DNA of 64,000 nucleotides, taken from positions 352,001-416,000 of the forward strand of contig CAVYSW010000009.1 in the NCBI GenBank assembly GCA_963771275.1, given 5' to 3'. The notes beneath the pieces were generated by a model, which searched no databases, was not told the DNA's origin, and saw only the letters and a list, made by a program, of their open reading frames with translations. A program made the position numbers and the translations under genes. Positions 56,597 through 64,000 of this stretch are shown here, piece by piece; position 1 is the stretch's first letter, and each line of letters begins with the position of its first letter. The DNA is from an uncultured Gemmatimonadales bacterium (GTDB lineage: Bacteria; Gemmatimonadota; Gemmatimonadetes; Gemmatimonadales; GWC2-71-9).

Positions 56597-59404
56597 ATGG
56601 CACGTTCGATCCGCGGCGCGGCACTCGGACTCCTGTTCGCGGCGCTGTTGCTGGAGGGCCTCGCACTCTCGCCGAGGCTGCTCCTTGCCCAGGCGCAGGT
56701 CAGGACCATGGGACGTATCACGGGCCGCGTCATCAGCCAGGAGACGGGTCAGCCTGTCCAACGGGCGGAAGTGCACGTTGCCGGGACCAGCCTCCAGGCG
56801 CTCACCGACCTGAACGGACGGTACTTCGTCCCGAACGTCCCACCGGGCGCTCAGAACATCGAGGTCCGGCAGGTCGGCTTCACGTTCAAGACCGTGACCA
56901 ACGTGCTCATCACGGAGGACGAAACGACCGTGCTCGACGTCGCGCTCTCGTCCGCGACATTCGCCGTGGAAGCGATCACCGTGACCGCGCAGGTCGAGCG
57001 GGGCACGGTCGCCCGCGCGCTCGAAGAACAGCGCACTGCCCTGAACATCGTGAACGCGCTCAGCGCCGAGCAGATCGCGAAGACCCCCGACGCCGACGCC
57101 GCGGAGGCGGTGCGGCGAGTGAGCGGGGTCACGGTGCAGGACGACAAGTACGTGTTCGTGCGCGGCCTGGGCGAGCGCTACACCACCACCTCCCTCAACG
57201 GCGCGCGACTCCCCAGCCCCGAGCCGGAGAAGCGGGTGGTCCCGCTCGACCTGTTCCCGTCGAGTCTCCTGGAGTCCATTTCCACGTCGAAGACCTTCAC
57301 CCCCGACCAGCCTGGGGACTTCAGCGGGGCGGAGGTGAACCTCCGGACGCGCACGTTCCCCGTGAATCACCTGCTGCAGTTCTCGCTGTCTGGTGGGTAC
57401 AACAGCCTGGTGACGGGCCGGGATGTCCCCGCGCCGCCCACGACAGGCCGAGAATGGCTGGCCATGGCGGCCGGGCAGCGCCAGCTCCCCACGCAGCTCA
57501 CCGGCATCACGGATTTCTCGCAGCTCACCCAGAACGACATCAACGCCCTGATCCGCACGCTGCCGCGCCGGTGGACGGTCGACCAGGGCAGCGGGCCGCC
57601 CAATGTCTCGGGGAGCCTCTCGTTCGGGGGCGAGGATCCGGTCCTGGGATTGCATCTCGGCTACGTCGGGTCGCTGTCGTACTCCCGGAGCGAGCAGTTG
57701 CGCAAAGGGGAGATCCGCGCGCGCGCGGTCCCCCGCGACAGCACGGGCGTTCCCGCGCCCTACAACACGTTCACGGGCAGTACGGGACAGAGCAGCGTGC
57801 TCTGGGGCGGGCTGCTGAACCTGAGCGCCCTCATCGGGCACGCCACCAAGATCGAGCTGAACAACACGTACGACCGCACGGCCGACAACTCGGCGCACCA
57901 GGACTGGGGCACGCTGGAGGAGTTCCAGCAGGTGGACAGCGTGCGGCGCACCCAGCTGCAGTACGTGGAGCGCTCCGTGCGGTCCAATCAGCTCCGGGCG
58001 ACCCACCAGTTGGGCGCTCATAACCTCCTGATGTGGTCGGTGACCTCTTCGGGCGTGACGCGCGCCGAGCCCGATCGCGCCGACCTGGCCTACGGCTATG
58101 AGCTGTCCGCCACCGGAGAGCGACTTCCGCTGGCTTGGTTGGGCTTCATTCCCGAGGCGGCCAAGCGCACCTCGTCCCAGCTTGCGGAGGACGCGCTGGG
58201 CGGCGACCTGGACTACGCGCTCTCCGTCGGCTCGCCCGAGCGGCCGGTGACGTTCAAGGTCGGTGGAGCTTATCGTCACACCAAGCGCGACGCCCACTCG
58301 GTGTCCTACAACGTGCGCGCGCTTGGCTTGGGCGCCGCCGCTCGCGCCGCCGGGCCGGACTCGCTGTTCTATGGCGCGTTCACCAACCCCGACTCCGCGC
58401 GCGTCACGCTCGAGCCGAACAATAGCGGCGGCACCTATCAGGCAAGGGACCGGGTATCCGCCGGGTACCTCATGGCGGAAATCCCGCTGGGCGGCCGGCT
58501 CACCATCATGGGCGGCGCCCGGCTGGAGCGGTGGGCCCTCGACATGGATGCCGAGCCCGTCAGTCGGGGGACGGTCGCCATCACGCGCCGGAATACCGAC
58601 GTGCTGCCGTCGTTGGCCGTGAACGCGAAGCTGAGTCGGGACCAGACGCTGCGGCTGTCCGCCACGCAATCCCTGGCCCGGCCTGAGTACCGCGAGCTGG
58701 CCCCTGTGAGCTACCGCGACATGGTCGGCGAACGCGAGGTGTTCGGCGACTCCAGCCTCGTTCGCACCCTGGTCCAGAACTACGACGCACGGTGGGAGTG
58801 GTACCCCAATCCGAACGAGGTGGTCAGCGTCGCCGTGTTCGCGAAGCGCTTCGACCATCCGATCGAGCAGATCGACGTCGCCACCTCGGGCGCATCCCAG
58901 CTGAGCTTCATCAACGCCGAGTCGGCGGTCAACTACGGCATCGAGCTAGAGCTCCGCAAGGGACTCGGGTTCCTGGGTCTGTGGCCGCTCGCCCTCTTCA
59001 GCAACGGCACCCTGATGCGGAGCCGCATCAACACCAGCAACAGCAACCTCTCGGCGCTCACGAATGACCAGCGGCCCATGGTGGGGCAGGCGCCGTACGT
59101 GGTGAACGCCGGTCTCTCCTATGAGAGCCTGTCCGGCGCGACCAGCGCCACGCTGCTCTACAACGTCGTGGGGCCGCGCATCACCTCGGCCGCCGTCACC
59201 CCACTCACCGTCGACACCTACGAGCGGCCCCGTCACGTACTGGACTTCTCGTTCCGCTTCGCCGTCTACGGCGGGATGACCGCGAAGCTCGACGCCAAGA
59301 ACCTGCTCGACGCCGCGTACGAAGAACGACAAGGGGACGTCATCCGCTACCGCTACACCACGGGGCGCTCGTTCAGTCTCGGTGTGAATTGGCGCCTGCA
59401 GTAG
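56597..59404 (+). CDS. TonB-dependent receptor with N-terminal carboxypeptidase-regulatory-like domain
   Basis: Signal peptide, G.ITG.V, plug VRGLGERY..T.LNG, VPLDLFP, KTFTPD, barrel with NLLD. Confidence 0.93.
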   Translation: MARSIRGAALGLLFAALLLEGLALSPRLLLAQAQVRTMGRITGRVISQETGQPVQRAEVHVAGTSLQALTDLNGRYFVPNVPPGAQNIEVRQVGFTFKTVTNVLITEDETTVLDVALSSATFAVEAITVTAQVERGTVARALEEQRTALNIVNALSAEQIAKTPDADAAEAVRRVSGVTVQDDKYVFVRGLGERYTTTSLNGARLPSPEPEKRVVPLDLFPSSLLESISTSKTFTPDQPGDFSGAEVNLRTRTFPVNHLLQFSLSGGYNSLVTGRDVPAPPTTGREWLAMAAGQRQLPTQLTGITDFSQLTQNDINALIRTLPRRWTVDQGSGPPNVSGSLSFGGEDPVLGLHLGYVGSLSYSRSEQLRKGEIRARAVPRDSTGVPAPYNTFTGSTGQSSVLWGGLLNLSALIGHATKIELNNTYDRTADNSAHQDWGTLEEFQQVDSVRRTQLQYVERSVRSNQLRATHQLGAHNLLMWSVTSSGVTRAEPDRADLAYGYELSATGERLPLAWLGFIPEAAKRTSSQLAEDALGGDLDYALSVGSPERPVTFKVGGAYRHTKRDAHSVSYNVRALGLGAAARAAGPDSLFYGAFTNPDSARVTLEPNNSGGTYQARDRVSAGYLMAEIPLGGRLTIMGGARLERWALDMDAEPVSRGTVAITRRNTDVLPSLAVNAKLSRDQTLRLSATQSLARPEYRELAPVSYRDMVGEREVFGDSSLVRTLVQNYDARWEWYPNPNEVVSVAVFAKRFDHPIEQIDVATSGASQLSFINAESAVNYGIELELRKGLGFLGLWPLALFSNGTLMRSRINTSNSNLSALTNDQRPMVGQAPYVVNAGLSYESLSGATSATLLYNVVGPRITSAAVTPLTVDTYERPRHVLDFSFRFAVYGGMTAKLDAKNLLDAAYEERQGDVIRYRYTTGRSFSLGVNWRLQ

Positions 59405-59430
59405 GAGGGAGCCGGTCGCTGCGGGTCCCC

Positions 59431-59457
59431 GTCACTCGATTGTTACCGCCACGTGAT
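59431..59457 (+). promoter_or_regulatory. Pho-box-like repeats upstream of the lipoprotein
   Basis: GTCAC 59431, GTTAC 59442, GTGAT 59453. Confidence 0.5.
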
Positions 59458-59542
59458 CGGGCTCATACGCAGCCGTTCTAGGCTTTCCTCACTTCACGGA
59501 CTAGGTGCCCCACACCGCACCGCAACCAGGAGACCCGAACCG

Positions 59543-61234
59543 ATGAGATCGTTCACGCGTAGCCTCCTTGCCCCGGCCGGCGCCGTTCTGCTCCTGGGCT
59601 GGCTGGCGGCCTGCAGCGACACCACCAACCCGGCGTTGACCGCGCCGACCGGCGTGACCGCCGTCGCCACCTCGGCCACGTCGGTACAGGTGACGTGGAA
59701 CCAGGTGACCGGCGCCGATAGTTACGCGTTGGACCGGGCGGAAGGCGCCGGCGCTTTCGCCAACGTGGGGACGGGATTGACCAGCACGCACTACGACGAC
59801 ACCGGCCTCCAGCCCAGCACGGATTACCGCTACCAGGTGCGCGCCGCGCAGGGCACGACCGAGAGCGCGAGCAGCAGCGAAGCCTCCGCCACGACTCCCG
59901 CGGTGGGCGCCAAGGTGGCCACGGTCACCGGCGTCCCGCTCAGCCGGACGTTCTACGCCGACACCACCTACATCCTCCAGGGGTACGTGAAGGTGAGCAA
60001 CGGCGCCACGCTCACCATCCAGGCCGGCACCACGATCGTGGGCGACACCCTCGTCACGGGCAGCTCCCTGTGGATCCTGCGCGGGTCGAAAATCATGGCC
60101 AACGGGACGGTGGATGCGCCGATCGTGTTCACGTCGCAGCGCTCCTCGCCCAACCGCAAGCCGGGGGACTGGGGCGGGCTCATCGTTGTGGGGAACGCGC
60201 TCATCAACCGGACGGCCAACCCGATCTTCACCGAGGGCCCCGCCGGCGCGGCAGAGAACTACGCCGGCGGCACCGACCCGAACGACAACTCCGGCGTCCT
60301 CAAGTACGTGCGGGTCGAGTTCGCGGGGTACGATGTCTCGAACGGCGGTGGGCAGGAGCTGAACAGTATCTCCAGCTACGCCGTGGGACGCGCCACCACG
60401 TACGACTACGTGCAATCGATGGCCGGCCTGGACGACGGGTTCGAGTCATTCGGCGGCGGATATGACATGCGCCACATGGTCTCGTTCGAAGAGGGCGACG
60501 ACCATTTCGATTGGACGGAAGGCTACCAGGGCCGTGGCCAGTTCCTGATCGCGCTCCAGACCTCGGTGCTCACGCCGCGTCCCGGGACGGGCACCACGTC
60601 GAGCGATCCCCGCGGCTTCGAGGGCGACGGCTGCGAGAGCGACAAGGCGGGATGCACGTTCTCCAACACCCCGTACTCCATGCCCGTGTGGGCCAACTTC
60701 ACCGTGGTGGGGCCGGGCACGGGCGTCTTCTCGACGACCGACGGCAATGGGGCGGTGGTCCGGCGCGGCGCGGCGGCCAATTTCGTGAACGGCATCATCG
60801 CCCGCTGGCCGGGCGTGGGCATCAGCGTCCGCGACACGGCCAGCAGGAACCGGATGGACCAAGACTCGCTCTACGTCCGCAACGTCGTCCTCGCGGAGAA
60901 CGGGAGCAACTTCGAGCCGGCGGGCCCGAACTTCGGGTCCGTGCTGAGCGACAGCGCCACCGTCTGGGACATCACCACGAGCACGCTGGCAGCCCTGTTC
61001 ACCGGCGCGCTTCCCGTCGGCGCCACCACGGTGACCACCGCGAACCTCAACATCGGTCTGGCGGCCGGCGCGGCGGCCAGAACGGGCGGGCTCGGCGCGT
61101 TCCCCGCCATTCTGTCCGCGCGGGTGCAGAACTTCTTCGGCGGTGCGATGCCGGCCACCGCCTACATCGGCGCGGTCGATCCGTCGGCGGGCACCCAGTG
61201 GTTCGAGGGCTGGACGAACTGGGCACGGAACTAG
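59543..61234 (+). CDS. Lipoprotein with FN3 domain and beta-helix-like domain
   Basis: Lipobox LAAC; FN3 (APTGV, VTW, GLQPST.Y.YQVRA); TLTIQAGT, PGDWGGL, DNSG.LKYVR.EFAG, DDG.E.FGG. Confidence 0.85.
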   Translation: MRSFTRSLLAPAGAVLLLGWLAACSDTTNPALTAPTGVTAVATSATSVQVTWNQVTGADSYALDRAEGAGAFANVGTGLTSTHYDDTGLQPSTDYRYQVRAAQGTTESASSSEASATTPAVGAKVATVTGVPLSRTFYADTTYILQGYVKVSNGATLTIQAGTTIVGDTLVTGSSLWILRGSKIMANGTVDAPIVFTSQRSSPNRKPGDWGGLIVVGNALINRTANPIFTEGPAGAAENYAGGTDPNDNSGVLKYVRVEFAGYDVSNGGGQELNSISSYAVGRATTYDYVQSMAGLDDGFESFGGGYDMRHMVSFEEGDDHFDWTEGYQGRGQFLIALQTSVLTPRPGTGTTSSDPRGFEGDGCESDKAGCTFSNTPYSMPVWANFTVVGPGTGVFSTTDGNGAVVRRGAAANFVNGIIARWPGVGISVRDTASRNRMDQDSLYVRNVVLAENGSNFEPAGPNFGSVLSDSATVWDITTSTLAALFTGALPVGATTVTTANLNIGLAAGAAARTGGLGAFPAILSARVQNFFGGAMPATAYIGAVDPSAGTQWFEGWTNWARN

Positions 61235-61253
61235 CGACGGGTTCGGTCACCGC

Positions 61254-61291
61254 GGACGGCCGGGGCGCAGGACTGCCCCGGCCGTCCCTTT
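61254..61291 (+). terminator. Probable intrinsic terminator
   Basis: 13-bp stem GGACGGCCGGGGC/GCCCCGGCCGTCC followed by CTTT. Confidence 0.55.
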
Positions 61292-61321
61292 CCCGCTCGA
61301 GGAGACGGGGGTCGGGATAGC

Positions 61322-61905
61322 ATGAGACACCACTGGCTGGCAGCGCTCACCCTTGCGGTGGCATGCAACGCGCATTCCGAGAACCACGAAACCGTCGCCG
61401 GCAACGTGACCGACAGCGTCCTCCCGATGGATGTGATGCTGGACCGCTTTCGGCACGACCTGCCTCGGCCGGCGGAGCTGCACGGCGGGCTGGCGAACCG
61501 CGACAGCCTCGTCCGCCGCGTGATCGCCGCGCTCGAGACGAGCGACACGCTGGCGTTCGAGCACCTCGCGGTGAACCGGGGTGAATGGGCGTGGCTGTAC
61601 TTCCCCAGCAACGTCCTCTCCCGCCCACCGTACGAGCTGCCGCCAGGGCTCGCCTGGTTCCAGCTGCAGGAGACGAACCGGCAGGGCGTGTTCCGCGCCT
61701 TGCGGGAGTTCGGCGGCCACCAACTCGACTACCGCGGGTATCGCTGCAACACCGAGCCCACCATTGAGGATGCAAACCGGATCTGGGCCGGCTGTACCGT
61801 CACGCTGGGGCGGGACGGCGCCCCCCCGCGCCCGTCCGCCTGTTCGGCGCCGTCCTCGAGCGACGGGGCCGCTTTCTCATTCTCAGCTACACCAACGACT
61901 TCTGA
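61322..61905 (+). CDS. Hypothetical lipoprotein (frameshift in C-run near 61821-61827)
   Basis: Lipobox AVAC; shifted frame ends PVRLFGAVLERRGRFLILSYTNDF*. Confidence 0.65.
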
Positions 61906-61966
61906 ACCCGCCGAGCCTTCAACATGTTGCCGAAAGCGTAGTTAGACGGTCGGCGTCCGGGCCAGC

Positions 61967-62004
61967 GTTACCGCCGCGTTACAACGCCGTTGCCCTTTCG
62001 TGAC
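61967..62004 (+). promoter_or_regulatory. Pho-box-like repeats upstream of pstS
   Basis: GTTAC 61967, GTTAC 61978, GTTGC 61989, GTGAC 62000. Confidence 0.7.
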
Positions 62005-62064
62005 ATGTCACGACGATCGTTATTGGCTGGCGAACTCCTCCCACCGCTGCGCGAGAGTTGCGCG

Positions 62065-63144
62065 ATGATGATGCCCCGAATGCGATGGCTCCCGGCCGCG
62101 GTCGCGCTGATCGGCACCGCGTGCGGCGGCCGTGGCAAGCCCACTGTCCTCCTCAACGGCGCCGGCGCCACGTTTCCCAACATCATCTACCAGCGCTGGA
62201 TCACCGACTACAACGCGGCGCACGCCGGCGTCGAGCTCAACTACCAGTCCATCGGGTCGGGCGGCGGAGTGCAGCAGTTCATGGACGGCACCGTGGACTT
62301 CGGGGCCAGTGACGGCCCGATGGCGGACGAGGAGATCGCGAAGGTCGGCGGCAACGTGCTCCACGTTCCCACGGTGCTGGGCGGCGTGGTACCGGCCTAC
62401 AACCTCCCCGGTGTCACCCAGACCATCCGATTCACGCCCGATGTGCTGGCGGACATCTTTCTTGGCGCGATCACCCGGTGGGACGACGTCCGGATCCGGA
62501 GCGCCAACCCCGGCGTTACCCTCCCCAACCGCGCGATCGTCGTGGTCCATCGCTCCGACGGGTCGGGCACGACCTACATCTGGACGGACTACCTCACTGT
62601 GGTCAGCGAGACCTGGGCCGGGCGGGTCGGGCGCGGGCGCGCGGTCAACTGGCCCGTCGGTATCGGCGGCCGCGGCAACGAGGGCGTCGCCGCCGCCATC
62701 ACGCAGACCCCGGGCGCGCTGGGCTACGTCGAGCTGGGGTACGCCCTGATCAACAAGATGCCGGTGGGGGCGGTCCGGAACCGGTTCGGCAACTTCGTGA
62801 CGCCCGACTTCTCCACCGTCTCGGCGGCCGCCGCCGGCGTGGTCGATGCCCTCGGCCCGGACACCGATTTCCGCATCAACCTGATCGACGGCCCGGGGGA
62901 GCGGACGTATCCCATCTCGTCTCTCACCTGGCTGCTGGTCAAGCGGGACTACGGAACGGCCGGGGCCAAGGCCCGCGAGCTGGTGCAGTTCATATCATGG
63001 GCCCTCACCGAAGGCCAGGCCACGGCCCCCCAGCTTGGCTACGCGCCGCTCCCGGCCGGGCTCGTGCCGCTGGTCGAGGCGCGTCTCCGGACGATCACGG
63101 CCGGGGGGCAACCGGTGTGGACGGGCCCGGCGGCGGCCAGGTAG
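62065..63144 (+). CDS. pstS: Phosphate ABC transporter substrate-binding lipoprotein
   Basis: GAGATFP, NYQSIGSGGG, DFGASD, HRSDGSGTT, GNEGVA, GYVE, YPI. Confidence 0.96.
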   Translation: MMMPRMRWLPAAVALIGTACGGRGKPTVLLNGAGATFPNIIYQRWITDYNAAHAGVELNYQSIGSGGGVQQFMDGTVDFGASDGPMADEEIAKVGGNVLHVPTVLGGVVPAYNLPGVTQTIRFTPDVLADIFLGAITRWDDVRIRSANPGVTLPNRAIVVVHRSDGSGTTYIWTDYLTVVSETWAGRVGRGRAVNWPVGIGGRGNEGVAAAITQTPGALGYVELGYALINKMPVGAVRNRFGNFVTPDFSTVSAAAAGVVDALGPDTDFRINLIDGPGERTYPISSLTWLLVKRDYGTAGAKARELVQFISWALTEGQATAPQLGYAPLPAGLVPLVEARLRTITAGGQPVWTGPAAAR

Positions 63145-64000
63145 CCCCGGCCGCCGTCACCGGAGGTCAGCCGGGGGGGCGGAGAGCCCGACCGCGCCTC
63201 CGCGGGACGGCCCGGAGCGACCGCCTCTTCCGTGGCGCGCTCACGGCGCTCGCCGCCGTGGTGCCGCTCCTGTTCCTGGCGCTGGCCGGCCTGCTCGCCG
63301 TCCTCGCCTGGCCGACGATCCGCGCGTTCGGCTTCCGATTCCTCACGACGTCCACCTGGGACCCGGTGGCCAACGTGTACGGCGCGGCCCCGATGATCTT
63401 CGGGACCTTGCTCTCGTCCTTCGTCGCACTCCTCCTGGCGGTCCCCCTGGCCGTCGGCGTCGCGATCTACCTCACGGAGTTCGCCCCCGGCTGGCTGCGA
63501 CGCCCCGTCGGCACCCTCGTCGAGCTCCTCGCCGCCATCCCGAGCGTGGTGTACGGCCTGTGGGGCATCTTCGTGCTGATTCCCCTGCTCCGCACCTACG
63601 TGATCCCGCCGCTCCAGGCGGTCCTCGGCTGGACCCCGTTCTTCTCCGGCACGTTCTACGGCAATTCGATGCTGGCCGGCGGGGTCATTCTCGCCATCAT
63701 GATCCTGCCCTACATCAGCTCGGTGAGCCGCGAGGTCCTCGCCGCGGTGCCCCCGTCGCAGCGGGAGGCCGCCCTGGCCCTCGGCGCCACCCGCTGGGAG
63801 GCGGTCTGGTCGGCCGTGCTTCCCTACGCGCGGACCGGGGTCATGGGCGCCGTCGTGCTCGGCCTGGGCCGCGCGCTGGGCGAGACCATGGCCGTCGTCA
63901 TGGTGATCGGGAACCGGCACGACCTGAGCGTGTCGCTGGTCGAGCCGGGCTACACCATGGCGGCCATCATCGCCAACGAGTTCAACGAGGCGGCGGGCCT
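63117..64000 (+). CDS. pstC: Phosphate ABC transporter permease PstC (start uncertain, runs off the window)
   Basis: WDP, GTL, ELLAAIPSVVYGLWG, EAALALGATRWE, LGRALGETMAV, IANEF.EA. Confidence 0.93.
   Translation, partial: MDGPGGGQVAPAAVTGGQPGGRRARPRLRGTARSDRLFRGALTALAAVVPLLFLALAGLLAVLAWPTIRAFGFRFLTTSTWDPVANVYGAAPMIFGTLLSSFVALLLAVPLAVGVAIYLTEFAPGWLRRPVGTLVELLAAIPSVVYGLWGIFVLIPLLRTYVIPPLQAVLGWTPFFSGTFYGNSMLAGGVILAIMILPYISSVSREVLAAVPPSQREAALALGATRWEAVWSAVLPYARTGVMGAVVLGLGRALGETMAVVMVIGNRHDLSVSLVEPGYTMAAIIANEFNEAAG

Overview
This is a very GC-rich bacterial chromosome segment. Gene content suggests a diderm, possibly Gemmatimonadota, but that is inference only. The first 33 kb is mostly housekeeping and envelope genes: the holB 3' end, moaC, two lytic transglycosylases, tRNA-Lys(UUU), a four-gene minor type IV pilin cluster behind a sigma54-type promoter, a SWIB protein, ffh-rpsP-rimM-trmD-rplS-rnhB, two ECF sigma/anti-sigma operons (DUF4097 and HEAT cargo), pilD, thiD and a polyphosphate module (sixA, CHAD-CYTH fusion, ppx). 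From 33 to 64 kb is a phosphate-starvation supercluster: pit/DUF47, phoB-phoR, GT4-phosphodiesterase-PAP2, a TonB-dependent receptor with lipoproteins, and pstS-pstC. Five of its intergenic regions carry 11-bp-phased GT(T/C)AC repeats resembling Pho boxes. A 16 kb arsenic/thiol-redox/metal block sits inside it, with three ArsR genes, a permease-thioredoxin-CcdA operon, a Crp/Fnr-linked FmdE-TauE-porin-CcmH-CDF unit, and acr3-metallophosphoesterase-arsD-arsA without arsC. About nine single-base frameshifts, including one in essential ffh, most likely reflect long-read sequencing errors. All product calls come from motif recognition by eye; no searches were run.
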